A program made the position numbers and the translations under genes. A DNA stretch of 64,000 bases from Bacilli bacterium (lineage in GTDB: Bacteria > Bacillota_I > Bacilli_A > RFN20 > CAG-826). The notes under the pieces are model-generated. The model was not told the origin of the DNA. It worked only from the letters and a program-made list of their open reading frames with translations, and did no database searches. Below are positions 36,660 to 46,307 of the stretch, piece after piece (positions within the stretch are counted from its first letter, which is position 1; the number at the start of each line of letters is the position of its first letter). The stretch spans positions 13,913 through 77,912 of the forward strand of contig JBGUOH010000005.1 of NCBI GenBank assembly GCA_045117995.1. The letters are read 5' to 3'.

Positions 36660-37190
36660 ATGGAATTAGCGCTCATTATCCTTCGTAACATTGCTATCGC
36701 GATTGTGGGTTTATACGCAGTCTTTCTTGTTATAGACATCATCTTTGTGGTGTCTTTCTCGTCTATTCTTTCACATCACGGTCGTGATTTATTCTTGGTT
36801 TTAACCAACAAAAAGGATAATTTAGATAAGCTTGCTATGCTCATTAATAAACACAACATCAAAGTGGATAAAAAGCAAGTGGACGCTTTAGCGAACTTCG
36901 ATTTAAAGGTTATTGAAACCCAAGATGGAGAAGACGCTAAAAAGGCCAGAGAATTGCTAACCTCTATTTCTGAGTATTTCATGTATGTCGCAAGAGACAA
37001 CGATAAAGTGATGAACGATTCAGAATTTGAACTCATCTCCGGTAACGTTGAAGAGTCAGAAAAACTCTACCGTCAACATGTCGTGTTATATAACGCTGAC
37101 GTCCTCGGTTATAACTTCTGGATTTCTTTCTTCCCAACCAGATTTATCTACAAAATACTTAAGTTAAAACCTAAAGATATTATCAATTAA
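36660..37190 (+). CDS. LemA-family membrane protein (divergent)
   Basis: N-terminal TM segment. The C-terminal segment YRQHVVLYNADVLGYNFWISFFPTRFI resembles the LemA motif (R..YN..V..YN..I..FP). Confidence 0.5.
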   Translation: MELALIILRNIAIAIVGLYAVFLVIDIIFVVSFSSILSHHGRDLFLVLTNKKDNLDKLAMLINKHNIKVDKKQVDALANFDLKVIETQDGEDAKKARELLTSISEYFMYVARDNDKVMNDSEFELISGNVEESEKLYRQHVVLYNADVLGYNFWISFFPTRFIYKILKLKPKDIIN

Positions 37191-37193
37191 AAG

Positions 37194-37216
37194 GCACATA
37201 AATATGTGCTTTTTTC
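37194..37216 (+). terminator. Intrinsic terminator after the LemA-like gene
   Basis: Stem GCACAT/ATGTGC followed by T6. Confidence 0.7.
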
Positions 37217-37297
37217 TTGTCTATATAATAGGGTTTATATACAATAGGAAAGACGGCTGATAATTCAGCCATGTGATATTAAGAAAGGAAATAATTT

Positions 37298-39010
37298 ATG
37301 AAAAGAAACGCAATTAAGTTTAGCGACTACAAACTCGTTGTCCCAAACGTTAAAAAGTACGCCGCTAAGATGGAAGAATTCATCAAAGAATTAAATGCTT
37401 GCAAGAACGCTGATGAAGCGGCTAAAGTTATCAAAAAGTTAAACAAATATAACAGCAAGATTGAAACACAAGCCAGCATCATCTACGTCTTGTATTCTTG
37501 CGACACCACAAATAAGAAATACGCTAAAGCGCAAAACTATTTAGACGAAGTTTCTCCAACATTTGCTAAATACGGTCAAGATGTGACTAAGTTATTAGCG
37601 AACGCTCCATATCGTCCAGAATTAGAAAAGAAGTTTGGCTCTTTCTTATTTAAGAAATATGATATTTCATTAAAGACATTTGATGAAAAGATCATGCCAG
37701 AACTTATGCAAATCAATAAACTCACTAGTGAATATGATTTAATCTTCGGTAGTGCGCAAATTGCTTTTAGAGGCGAAACATTAAATCTCTCTCAATTAGG
37801 TAAGTACTTACAAGATAGTGATAGAGAAACTAGAAGAGAAGCCGCTAAAGCGATGGATAAGTGGTTAGGTGAACACGAACAACGTATTGGTGAAATTTAT
37901 GGCGAATTAGTCTTATTAAGAGACAAGATGGCTAAGAAACTCGGCTATAAGTCATTCACTGAACTTGGCTACTATATGTTAGGTAGAACTGACTATAACG
38001 CTGATATGGTTAAGGTCTATCGTGAACAAATCGCTAGAGAAGTCGTTCCAGTTTGTAACAAACTCTACAAAGAGCAAATGAAGCGTCTCGGTATTAGAAA
38101 TCCACAATACTTTGACTATAACTTGATGTTCAAGAGTGGTAATCCAAAACCAGCAGGTGATGCCAAATACTTAGTGGCCCAAGCCCAAAAGATGTATTCT
38201 GAATTAGGTCCTGAATCCAAAGAGTTCTTTGACTTCATGGTCAAATATGAACTTATGGATTTAGAAGCAAGAAAAGGCAAAGCCCCAGGTGGTTATTGCA
38301 CCTTCTTCCCAGTTTATAAATCCCCATTCATCTTCTCTAACTTCAATGGTACACAAGGTGACGTTAATGTCTTATGTCATGAAGGTGGTCATGCTTTCCA
38401 AGCGTACTTAAGTAGTTATATCAAAGTTCCAGAACTTATGAATCCAACCTTAGAAAGCTGTGAAATCCACTCTATGAGTATGGAATTCTTTGCTTGGCCA
38501 TATATGGAAGGCTTCTTTGGTAAAGATGATGAAAAATATAGATTCCTCCATTTAGCGGATTCTATTGAATTCTTACCATATGGTATTACCATTGATGAAT
38601 TCCAACACTGGGTTTATGAACATCCAACCGCCACTCACGAAGAAAGATGCGCGGCCTATAAAGAAATTGAATCCCGTTATACTCCACATAAGAAGTATGA
38701 TGATTGCCCAACCTTAGCGAGAGGTACCTGGTGGATGAGACAAAGCCATATCTTTGGTTCCCCATTCTATTACATCGATTATACTTTAGCTCAAGTCGTG
38801 GCTTTCCAATTCGCTGTTGAGAATATGAAGAACCACGAAAAAGCTTGGAAGAAGTACATCAAGCTCTGTAAGTGTGGTGGTAAATATCCATTCTTAGAAC
38901 TCTTAGAAAAGAACCATTTAAGAAATCCATTCGTAGATGGCAATGTCCGTAAAGTCATTCGCCCATTAGCGAAGGTTCTTAAAGAGTTTGACCAATCCAA
39001 ACTTCAATAA
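37298..39010 (+). CDS. pepF: M3B oligoendopeptidase (PepF-like)
   Basis: 570 aa with HEGGHAFQ zinc motif and a downstream E (ESCEIHSMSME). Confidence 0.85.
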   Translation: MKRNAIKFSDYKLVVPNVKKYAAKMEEFIKELNACKNADEAAKVIKKLNKYNSKIETQASIIYVLYSCDTTNKKYAKAQNYLDEVSPTFAKYGQDVTKLLANAPYRPELEKKFGSFLFKKYDISLKTFDEKIMPELMQINKLTSEYDLIFGSAQIAFRGETLNLSQLGKYLQDSDRETRREAAKAMDKWLGEHEQRIGEIYGELVLLRDKMAKKLGYKSFTELGYYMLGRTDYNADMVKVYREQIAREVVPVCNKLYKEQMKRLGIRNPQYFDYNLMFKSGNPKPAGDAKYLVAQAQKMYSELGPESKEFFDFMVKYELMDLEARKGKAPGGYCTFFPVYKSPFIFSNFNGTQGDVNVLCHEGGHAFQAYLSSYIKVPELMNPTLESCEIHSMSMEFFAWPYMEGFFGKDDEKYRFLHLADSIEFLPYGITIDEFQHWVYEHPTATHEERCAAYKEIESRYTPHKKYDDCPTLARGTWWMRQSHIFGSPFYYIDYTLAQVVAFQFAVENMKNHEKAWKKYIKLCKCGGKYPFLELLEKNHLRNPFVDGNVRKVIRPLAKVLKEFDQSKLQ

Positions 39011-39025
39011 TCAAGGATTATTAAA

Positions 39026-39059
39026 AATAAAAACACACCCGTGAAAGGTGTGTTTTTTA
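39026..39059. terminator. Bidirectional terminator between pepF and the CPBP gene
   Basis: Stem AACACACC/GGTGTGTT flanked by A-rich and T6 tracts. Confidence 0.8.
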
Positions 39060-39063
39060 TTAT

Positions 39064-39942
39064 CTATTCTTGTTCTTGTACTTGTTTCTTTTTGTTTTTG
39101 AGATAAACAATTAAGAACCAAATGAGTACAGCGGTAAATGAAACAGATTGGGCAATAGTGATTCTGATGGTCATTAAGTGATCAGCGTCATCACCTTTCA
39201 CTAAGACGTGAAGAATATTAACAATGGTGTTGTTCACAAAGTGATCGCCCATTGCCATATAAAGGTTACCAGTTAATTTACCCATCATCGCGAACTTAAA
39301 GCCCACTAAAGCGGATGTACCAACAAGCATGCACATTTGTCCAATAAAGCCACCTAAGGACATCTCTCCATCCGCAAAATATCTAATAGGGGACATGATA
39401 TGCCAGATACCAAATAAGACGGATGAAATGATCGCAGCGATGACCCATTTGTACTTATCAGAAAGCATCTTTTGGAATAAACCTCTGAATATTCCTTCTT
39501 CCATTAAAACGTTGATAACGTTACCAATAATGCAGATTAAGAAGAAGATGAAGTCAGTTCTATTACCTAAGTTACCATTAACGGAGTAAGCAGAGACATA
39601 GAATGATAAGCCATCGAAACTATTAGAGGCCGCTAAGATAATGATTTCAATCCCATAGGCGATAATGAATACCACAATACCGAAGGCTAAACCTTTTAAG
39701 ATATCCAAGAAGGCTTTACCTGTTTTAAGGCCAATATCTTTGAATTTATATTTAAATAAGAAAGTCGCACCAATAAGTAGACCAATACCAATAAGTTTAT
39801 GGATAAAAGCCTCGCCAAAGAATGTTTGGTCAGTGCGAATCACAAAGTATTCGAATACGCGGAACGCAAAACATAGGACATAGATGATGAGTACCGCGAG
39901 GATTGTTTTTACTTTAGTGTTAATTAATTTTGATTCTTCCAT
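39064..39942 (-). CDS. CPBP-family intramembrane glutamic endopeptidase (CAAX protease-like)
   Basis: Polytopic membrane protein with motifs EEGIFRGLF, FGIWH and DHFVNN. Confidence 0.8.
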   Translation of the reverse strand: MEESKLINTKVKTILAVLIIYVLCFAFRVFEYFVIRTDQTFFGEAFIHKLIGIGLLIGATFLFKYKFKDIGLKTGKAFLDILKGLAFGIVVFIIAYGIEIIILAASNSFDGLSFYVSAYSVNGNLGNRTDFIFFLICIIGNVINVLMEEGIFRGLFQKMLSDKYKWVIAAIISSVLFGIWHIMSPIRYFADGEMSLGGFIGQMCMLVGTSALVGFKFAMMGKLTGNLYMAMGDHFVNNTIVNILHVLVKGDDADHLMTIRITIAQSVSFTAVLIWFLIVYLKNKKKQVQEQE

Positions 39943-40053
39943 AATTATTTCCTTAATTTCTATAATACATGACTGGCAAAAAGCCAGTTCAATATATTAG
40001 CACTATTTCAAGAATTAGTCCGTTCTTTTTTACTTTTATTTAAATTAATGAAA

Positions 40054-40079
40054 GAAAAAACCTCCGACTTTCATCGGAG
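40054..40079 (-). terminator. Intrinsic terminator after tRNA-Leu(GAG)
   Basis: Minus strand: stem CTCCGA/TCGGAG followed by GTTTTTT. Confidence 0.75.
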
Positions 40080-40094
40080 ATTATATTTTCTTAA

Positions 40095-40179
40095 TGGTGC
40101 GCGAGATGAGAATCGAACTCACACAGGGAATCCTATACGCCCCTCAAACGTACGCGTCTACCAGTTCCGCCACTCGCGC
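40095..40179 (-). tRNA. tRNA-Leu (anticodon GAG), class II
   Basis: Acceptor GCGCGAG/CTCGCGC, anticodon loop TTGAGGG, long variable arm, T-loop TTCGATT, CCA encoded. Confidence 0.85.
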
Positions 40180-40243
40180 ATCAAACTGCTTGATTATTGT
40201 AAGAAATCGCAACATAAAAAACAAGAACTATTTATAGAACATT

Positions 40244-40269
40244 AAAAAAGAGCGCTTTTTAAGCGCCCT
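40244..40269 (-). terminator. Intrinsic terminator after the 183-aa membrane protein gene
   Basis: Minus strand: stem GCGCTT/AAGCGC followed by a T-tract. Confidence 0.65.
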
Positions 40270-40291
40270 AATTGTTATTTAATTGAATAAC

Positions 40292-40843
40292 TTATTTCTT
40301 TTTGCCTAAGAAATCAGCAGCGGTTGGTAAAATTGCAACAACACCAGCAAGGATGAATAAAATTGCACCGATAACCCAACCAGCGCCTAATGCCCAATGG
40401 TCTTGGCTATTCCATTCATTAGCGCCAGCAAATGCTGGAAGTGTGAAGAATAATAAGACGCCACCGACGACTAATAAGCCAACGGCGATGAGGTTTAATA
40501 AGCCTGCGAATTTTTCAAGGGCTTTAATTTTTAATAATGGTAAGACGACTCCGAGAAGGAGGATGATCATTGCTGCGAGAGCAAAAATCCAAGCAAGAAG
40601 GGCAGTAACTGCTAATTTGCCATCGAAATCACCATTTAATGTGCCACCAAAGCCAAGAATGTTACCAGATGATTGAGCTGGTCCTTTGCCGAAAATAACA
40701 GCAACGCCGCTATACCAAGCGTTTGCTTCTCCTAAGGAGCCTGCGGTGTGGTATGTTAAGGCATGTGTAGCCATCATTAAAATGAAACCAACTGCAGCCA
40801 ACGCCAAAGAAATAATTCCAGCGAATTGTAAGAATTTTTTCAT
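40292..40843 (-). CDS. Gly/Ala-rich polytopic membrane protein, unknown function
   Basis: 183 aa with about 5 hydrophobic segments. AAGGAAGG SD. No recognisable motif. Confidence 0.6.
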   Translation of the reverse strand: MKKFLQFAGIISLALAAVGFILMMATHALTYHTAGSLGEANAWYSGVAVIFGKGPAQSSGNILGFGGTLNGDFDGKLAVTALLAWIFALAAMIILLLGVVLPLLKIKALEKFAGLLNLIAVGLLVVGGVLLFFTLPAFAGANEWNSQDHWALGAGWVIGAILFILAGVVAILPTAADFLGKKK

Positions 40844-40899
40844 TATATGTACCTTCCTTTATACATATTTATTTTAGAATTATTATTTGCTAATTCAAA

Positions 40900-40922
40900 T
40901 AAAAAAAGCACTTTGCAGTGCT
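40900..40922 (-). terminator. Intrinsic terminator ending the GT2/NAGPA/TM operon
   Basis: Minus strand: stem AGCACT/AGTGCT with GCAA loop, followed by T7. Confidence 0.8.
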
Positions 40923-40925
40923 AAT

Positions 40926-41366
40926 TTATTCAATGGTTAGACCACGAGATTTTCTACGCTTTTCTATTATTCCTCTAATAAGAATAAATAAATATAGACC
41001 CAATCCCACAATTGTGAAGACCAACGCTAAGACGGTATAAATCGCAACCATTGCTCTATTAGTGGTGCCATAAATTTCTAAAACACCAACGAAGATACTA
41101 CGTACAGTGCACATGGCGACACCAAAATGATAAATAGTAGCGGGAACCATGCCTGGTACTTTTTCGCTTGGCAAAAAGCGAATGGCTAAATACATACCCA
41201 CGCCTAGCACAAGTGGATAAATAAACGCGCATATCATTGAAGCATTAATAACGTTATGACTGTTTATTTCATAAATCGTGGAGAATAAGCCAATGAACAA
41301 AGTAACACCAACATAGATGTATAAGGTGCGCATGACATTTTTAGAGATTTTTTCCGATGTAAACAA
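40926..41366 (-). CDS. Small 4-TM membrane protein, unknown function
   Basis: 146 aa. Overlaps the upstream gene by 26 nt; the alternative start ATG 41333 removes the overlap. Confidence 0.55.
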   Translation of the reverse strand: MFTSEKISKNVMRTLYIYVGVTLFIGLFSTIYEINSHNVINASMICAFIYPLVLGVGMYLAIRFLPSEKVPGMVPATIYHFGVAMCTVRSIFVGVLEIYGTTNRAMVAIYTVLALVFTIVGLGLYLFILIRGIIEKRRKSRGLTIE

Positions 41367-42492
41367 TGTCGCTCACCTCCCTTTGTTGCATACGTGGTTT
41401 ATCAGGTAATCCTTGAGTGGATTGATGAGGATAGTTAATTAAGTGACTCTTATTGGTCGCGTTTCCTTCTCCATCTCCAAGATACATAGTAGCGGAGCCA
41501 CCTCCATCAAGGTTATATGCTGTTTCACAGTGTAAGTCTTTCATAATATTGGCTAAGTTTAATAAGGATAACCCATAGCTAGATTTCATTCTGCCATCAG
41601 ACACCACAAAGACGTAGTGGCCTGGATTAATGATACCCATCGCGCATCTTTGATTCTTATTGCCACCCATCGCAGTGCCGACTTCATCATTTTCAGTCAC
41701 AGTAATTTCGTTTTTATTAATTAAAGCCGGACCAAAAGAGAAGACATGGTATGGATCCATCGCTCTAACTTCGTCAAAAGAAGTTTCACGTTCATCGATA
41801 ATTTCAAATGTCCCATCTTTCTTAATTATTAAGTCATCTGGTTTACGACGTTCTAAGTTCTTTGTGGTTCTAATTGCCTTAGCGTCTAGGTTACCATTTC
41901 TTACAACATAACCACCCTCTTGTGAACCATAGGTATCGCCATCAATGGCGAGAAGACCTTTCTTTCTAGTGCAAATATCACTCGTTCTTTCGGTGACGTT
42001 TTGACCAAAAGTATCATGGGCTAAGCCCGCTCTAAAGTAACCTAAGTTTTTAAGACGAATATCTGCTACATAATATGTAGTGGTATCTTCAGCGTCTCTG
42101 TGTGTTGTGATATTGATATAAATATCAGGATCAGAATAACCGCCTCTTTCAATAAAGATTGCTTCTTTGGTAAAAAGACTAGATATTTCTTCAACGGTTA
42201 ATTGTTCTGGATAGTAGTCGTGAGAATATTGAGGTTGAGCAGTTGGTTGAGATGAACTATTTGAATTTTCCGAGGAATTGCTATTACCTGAATTATTTGA
42301 TGATTCGTTTGGTTGGCTGCTAGAAGAGGACGGGTTTAAAACTGGTCCAATTGGAATATTAAGATTACTATTATCAAAAGTAAAACTTACTTTTCTTGTA
42401 TTTTTAGGAATGATGAAAGTATCAAGAAAAGAATAGGTCACAAAGCATGTGCCCACTAAAGTAGCGATGATTGGTAAAACAAACTTCTTCAC
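41341..42492 (-). CDS. Phosphodiester glycosidase family protein (NAGPA/DUF2233-like), membrane-anchored
   Basis: N-terminal TM, S/N-rich linker, and C-terminal CAMGIINPGHYVFVVSDGR...AYNLDGGGSATMY. GTG start overlaps the upstream TGA (GTGA). Confidence 0.7.
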   Translation of the reverse strand: MKKFVLPIIATLVGTCFVTYSFLDTFIIPKNTRKVSFTFDNSNLNIPIGPVLNPSSSSSQPNESSNNSGNSNSSENSNSSSQPTAQPQYSHDYYPEQLTVEEISSLFTKEAIFIERGGYSDPDIYINITTHRDAEDTTTYYVADIRLKNLGYFRAGLAHDTFGQNVTERTSDICTRKKGLLAIDGDTYGSQEGGYVVRNGNLDAKAIRTTKNLERRKPDDLIIKKDGTFEIIDERETSFDEVRAMDPYHVFSFGPALINKNEITVTENDEVGTAMGGNKNQRCAMGIINPGHYVFVVSDGRMKSSYGLSLLNLANIMKDLHCETAYNLDGGGSATMYLGDGEGNATNKSHLINYPHQSTQGLPDKPRMQQREVSDIVYIGKNL

Positions 42493-43529
42493 TCTTTCTT
42501 TCCTTTTCTAAAGACAAATAGTCTTTGAATAAGCCAACTAATAATAAACATTGTAACCTCGACAATGATTTTCGCAAGGTATTTATTCCAACCAGCTTTA
42601 TCAACAAGTAACCATAAGAACAATGTGCCACATCCTAAAATGAACAATGCTAGGCATGCATATTTGATGATAGCGAGGAAGACGTTGTTCTTACTCTTAA
42701 ACACTAACTTATAGTTAATGGTGAAATTAACAGAAGCACTGATGATTCTAGCGATGATGTTGCACATAATTAACCAATATGGCCACTCGTTTGGAATGAG
42801 AGTTAATCCTGTATATGCTGCATAGTCCACACCAAAGCCAATCAACGAAGAAGCAGAGAACTTAATCACTTCTTTGAAAATCTTCATTGTATCCTTGAAA
42901 GGATTGTAGTGAGTTCCAGCGTTGTTATTTATATAAATGGTTTCAATTTTGACTTCTTTAATTTGGATTTCTCTTTTAATGGATTCTAAAAGAACATTCA
43001 TTTCGTATTCATAACGATCACCTTTAACGCTAATCATCATATCTAACAAGTTAGATTTGAACGCTCTTAGACCAGTTTGAGTATCATAAATCTTATGGTG
43101 AGTGGAAATTAAGAACGATGTTCTCGCCATGAAGTTACCAAATCTACTTTTAAATGGTGCTTTCTTATCAAAGAAACGACTACCAAGAATCAAGGAATCA
43201 GCTTCTTGATTCTCGCATTCTTCACAAATGAGCATCGCATCACTCACTTTGTGTTGACCATCAGAGTCAAGGGTAACAACCACACAATCACCAAAATTAT
43301 CTTTGATATATTTCATGCCATACTTTAAGGCATAGCCTTTGCCACCGTTAGTTTCATAGCTCAAATAGTGGACTTCTTTAGGAAGTTCATTGAATACTTC
43401 GTTAAACTTTTCTCCGCTGCCATCATTAACGACAACCACAGTAAAATCATTCTCGAGTAACTGATTAGCGACCTCGAGTAAATTAAAATCTGGTTCGTAG
43501 GATGGAACAAGGGCCACTCTTAAGTTCAT
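42489..43529 (-). CDS. Family-2 glycosyltransferase fused to a C-terminal GtrA-like membrane domain
   Basis: VVVNDGS, GKGYALKYG and TLDSDGQH (GT2 DxD region). The C-terminal four TM segments resemble GtrA. Confidence 0.8.
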   Translation of the reverse strand: MNLRVALVPSYEPDFNLLEVANQLLENDFTVVVVNDGSGEKFNEVFNELPKEVHYLSYETNGGKGYALKYGMKYIKDNFGDCVVVTLDSDGQHKVSDAMLICEECENQEADSLILGSRFFDKKAPFKSRFGNFMARTSFLISTHHKIYDTQTGLRAFKSNLLDMMISVKGDRYEYEMNVLLESIKREIQIKEVKIETIYINNNAGTHYNPFKDTMKIFKEVIKFSASSLIGFGVDYAAYTGLTLIPNEWPYWLIMCNIIARIISASVNFTINYKLVFKSKNNVFLAIIKYACLALFILGCGTLFLWLLVDKAGWNKYLAKIIVEVTMFIISWLIQRLFVFRKGKKE

Positions 43530-43546
43530 GCTTTGATACTATTATA
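43530..43546 (-). promoter_or_regulatory. -10 element placed for a (near) leaderless GT2-GtrA mRNA
   Basis: Minus strand: TATAATAGTAT-caaagc-ATG. TAGTAT ends 6 nt before the ATG at 43529. Confidence 0.4.
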
Positions 43547-43604
43547 AAAACCTAAAATGTACCTTAAATATGAGAGTATTGCTTTATGCATGTGATAAAT
43601 ATGT

Positions 43605-43628
43605 TAAAAATCGCGATATTCTCGCGAC
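43605..43628 (-). terminator. Intrinsic terminator after the mgtE-gtrA operon
   Basis: Palindromic stem TCGCGA/TCGCGA, followed by T5 on the minus strand. Confidence 0.65.
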
Positions 43629-43650
43629 TTTTATCAATATTTCAATTTCC

Positions 43651-44148
43651 TTATTTACGACGGTATAGGATGTATTTTCTTGTGAAGTAGTTCCAAATAA
43701 GACCCACTAAAGTCTTAAGGAAGAACGCTAAGATGAATAACCAGAAGAGTCCTTCTAACCAATGCTTTGGTTGGAAGATATAACCAATATTGCATTCATT
43801 AATATTCATGCCCATCGTATTAGCGAATAACATACGGCATAATTCGTATGTGCCATAGCTTAAGCCATACGCAATAATACTTAAAACTACGAACGCAATA
43901 ATAAAGCCGATTGATTTAGTAACCTTGCTATCTTGTTTGCCTTTGAACACCCAATATGTTGATAAAATGTAGTTTAAAAACACACCGACAACGAAACCGA
44001 GTAATAAAGCGGTTGCGGATTGAGCGGCACCTGGTAAAAAGGCGAATACTTTTAAGAATAAAGATGTGGTTAAAAAGTCCGCTAATGCGCAAACCAAACC
44101 AGTAATAAGGAACTTAGTTAGTTCCCATGTATTTTCTTTTTTGCTCAT
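43651..44148 (-). CDS. GtrA-family membrane protein
   Basis: 165 aa with 4 TM segments and LTKFLITGLVCALADF, typical of a GtrA N-terminus. Start is 3 nt after the mgtE stop. Confidence 0.75.
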   Translation of the reverse strand: MSKKENTWELTKFLITGLVCALADFLTTSLFLKVFAFLPGAAQSATALLLGFVVGVFLNYILSTYWVFKGKQDSKVTKSIGFIIAFVVLSIIAYGLSYGTYELCRMLFANTMGMNINECNIGYIFQPKHWLEGLFWLFILAFFLKTLVGLIWNYFTRKYILYRRK

Positions 44149-44151
44149 AAA

Positions 44152-45603
44152 TTAAAGTCCTAACATTGGTCCGAACGCGAAGGTCCAGAGGAGGAAGTAA
44201 GTAAGTAATGTAATGACGTCAACAAGTGTGGTGGTGAATGGGCCACAAACAACAGCTGGATCTAATTTGATCTTCTTAGCTAAGAATGGAAGCATACAAG
44301 CCACCATACGAGAAACAACCATTGCCACAAATAATGTCGCAGAGATTAAACCAGAAACAACTAACTTAACAGCCATTGGAGATAAGTCCATGTGTAAGCT
44401 TTCTTTAACGTTATCAATGGAATCGGTAACACCTTGGCTCACAACAACGCTTGTTTCGAAAAGAATCCAACCAAAAGCAAACACACCAATGATGGCAGCG
44501 ATGCATAACGCAACGCGTAATTCTTTCCAAAGAACACGTTTGAAGTCACCTTTACCAAATTCATCAAGAGAGATAGAACGAACGATAAGAGTAGTGGTTT
44601 GACCACCAGCGTTACCGCCTGCGTCAGTTACTAATGACATGAAGAATGATAGCAATGTTAAAGAAGCAATCGCACTTTCAAATCTAGAGATAATTAATGT
44701 TGAGAACATTTGTAAAATAATCAAAACAATAATCCATGGTACGCATTTCATCACTAATTTGAAAACAGGTGTCTTCAAATATGGTTCATCCATGTTGGAG
44801 ATTTGATTTAAGTGAGCGATATCTTCAGTCGCTTCTTCAACGATGATGTCGACCACGTCGTCGATGGTGATGATACCGATGATCTTGTTTTCGTTATTTA
44901 CAACTGCCATAGCGTTAAGGTCATAACGTTTGAACATATTAGCGACTTCTTCTTGGTCATCATTAACATTACAGGTGACAAAGTCACGGTCCATGATTTC
45001 AGAAAGGACTTCGTCTTCATCTGCAAAGATTAAATCATCCAAGTTGATGGTACCCATAAGGTTACGCTTGGAGTCTCTAACGAAAACTGTATAAACGGTT
45101 TCGGCATCTTTACCACGTTTACGAATAATCTTAAGAGCGTCTTTAACTGTTAAATCGTCTTTCATATCGAGATACTCAGTGGTCATGACTGAACCAGCAG
45201 TATTCTCTTTGTAGTTTAAAAGGTTATTGACGTCTTTTCTTAAATCAGCAGGACATGCTTTAAGAACTCTAGCCACAACATTAGCAGGCATTTCTTCCAA
45301 TGTATCAACGATATCGTCAGCGAAGGAGTTCTCTAATAAGTCAATTAATTGCTTATCTGTGAAAGCATTAATGATCATCTCTTGTTGATCACTTGTGAGT
45401 TCGGTGAAGAAATCACCGGTGTATTCACTTGGAACGGTACGGAAGATATAAAGAAAAACTGCCGCATCTTCTACTTCGTCTAATGCTTCAGCAATATCGA
45501 TGTTAGGAACTGTTTCAAAGATTTCTTTAATTTCTTTGGCGTTGCGGTTCTTAACAGCGGTTAGAATACGATCAGTTAATAATTCTTCAACGATTTCTTC
45601 CAT
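44152..45603 (-). CDS. mgtE: Magnesium transporter MgtE
   Basis: 483 aa with an N-terminal MgtE_N domain, tandem CBS region and a 5-TM C-terminal domain (GNAGGQ). GAGGAA SD. Confidence 0.92.
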   Translation of the reverse strand: MEEIVEELLTDRILTAVKNRNAKEIKEIFETVPNIDIAEALDEVEDAAVFLYIFRTVPSEYTGDFFTELTSDQQEMIINAFTDKQLIDLLENSFADDIVDTLEEMPANVVARVLKACPADLRKDVNNLLNYKENTAGSVMTTEYLDMKDDLTVKDALKIIRKRGKDAETVYTVFVRDSKRNLMGTINLDDLIFADEDEVLSEIMDRDFVTCNVNDDQEEVANMFKRYDLNAMAVVNNENKIIGIITIDDVVDIIVEEATEDIAHLNQISNMDEPYLKTPVFKLVMKCVPWIIVLIILQMFSTLIISRFESAIASLTLLSFFMSLVTDAGGNAGGQTTTLIVRSISLDEFGKGDFKRVLWKELRVALCIAAIIGVFAFGWILFETSVVVSQGVTDSIDNVKESLHMDLSPMAVKLVVSGLISATLFVAMVVSRMVACMLPFLAKKIKLDPAVVCGPFTTTLVDVITLLTYFLLWTFAFGPMLGL

Positions 45604-45696
45604 GAAAATTTCCTCGCCTTAATTTTGCACATTAAAAAGATTATTGCAACAAAAAATAAACTTTATTTCATTTTTAATGAATTCTATGAAGAACTT

Positions 45697-45705
45697 TGCT
45701 AGAAT
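45697..45705 (+). promoter_or_regulatory. Extended -10 promoter for pduL (TGcTAGAAT)
   Basis: Located at 45697-45705, with a ~25-nt leader containing a GAAGG SD. Confidence 0.45.
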
Positions 45706-45732
45706 ACTATTCGCAAGAAAGAAGGCAATTTC

Positions 45733-46305
45733 ATGAAAGAAATTTTAGTTGAAACAAGTGCTCGTCACATCCACGTGACAGAAGAACAATTCAAAATATT
45801 ATTTGGCGCTGATGCAAAATTAGAAGTCAGAGCGCCATTATCCCAACCAGGTCAATTCGTCTCATTCTCCCGTTTAGACATCGTTGGTCCAAAGAAGACA
45901 ATTGCTAATGTCTCCATTCTCGGACCTTTCAGAAAAGCGGGTCAAGTCGAAGTCAGTGCTACTGATGCTAGAACATTAGGTGTTCCAGCCGTCATTAGAG
46001 AATCTGGTGATTTAGCGGGTACCCCAGGCATCAAATTAGTTGGTCCTGCTGGTGAACTCGAATTAGCCGAAGGCTGCATCGTTGCCAAACGTCATATTCA
46101 TATGACACCAGCGGATGCCAAAGAATTCGGTGTTGAAAACGGTCAAATCGTTAAATTAGAAGTTAACTGCCCAGGCAGAAGCTTAATCTTTGGTGATGTC
46201 GTTGTTCGTGTTAGAGACGACTTTGCATTAGCTTGCCACATCGATACTGATGAAAGTAACGCTGCTGGTTGCGCTGGTACAGTCTACGGTAAAATTGTTA
46301 AATAG
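45733..46305 (+). CDS. pduL: Phosphate propanoyltransferase / PduL-type phosphotransacylase
   Basis: 190 aa with duplicated PduL motifs (SARHIHV...LFG; GPKKTI...ILGPFR; KRHIHMTP). Confidence 0.85.
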   Translation: MKEILVETSARHIHVTEEQFKILFGADAKLEVRAPLSQPGQFVSFSRLDIVGPKKTIANVSILGPFRKAGQVEVSATDARTLGVPAVIRESGDLAGTPGIKLVGPAGELELAEGCIVAKRHIHMTPADAKEFGVENGQIVKLEVNCPGRSLIFGDVVVRVRDDFALACHIDTDESNAAGCAGTVYGKIVK

Positions 46306-46307
46306 TT

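Noticed and set aside
45604-45732. Possible M-box (Mg2+) riboswitch upstream of mgtE.
   Set aside because: Only ~129 nt of AT-rich intergenic DNA is shared with the divergent pduL promoter. That is too short, and it lacks the GC-rich multi-helix M-box core.
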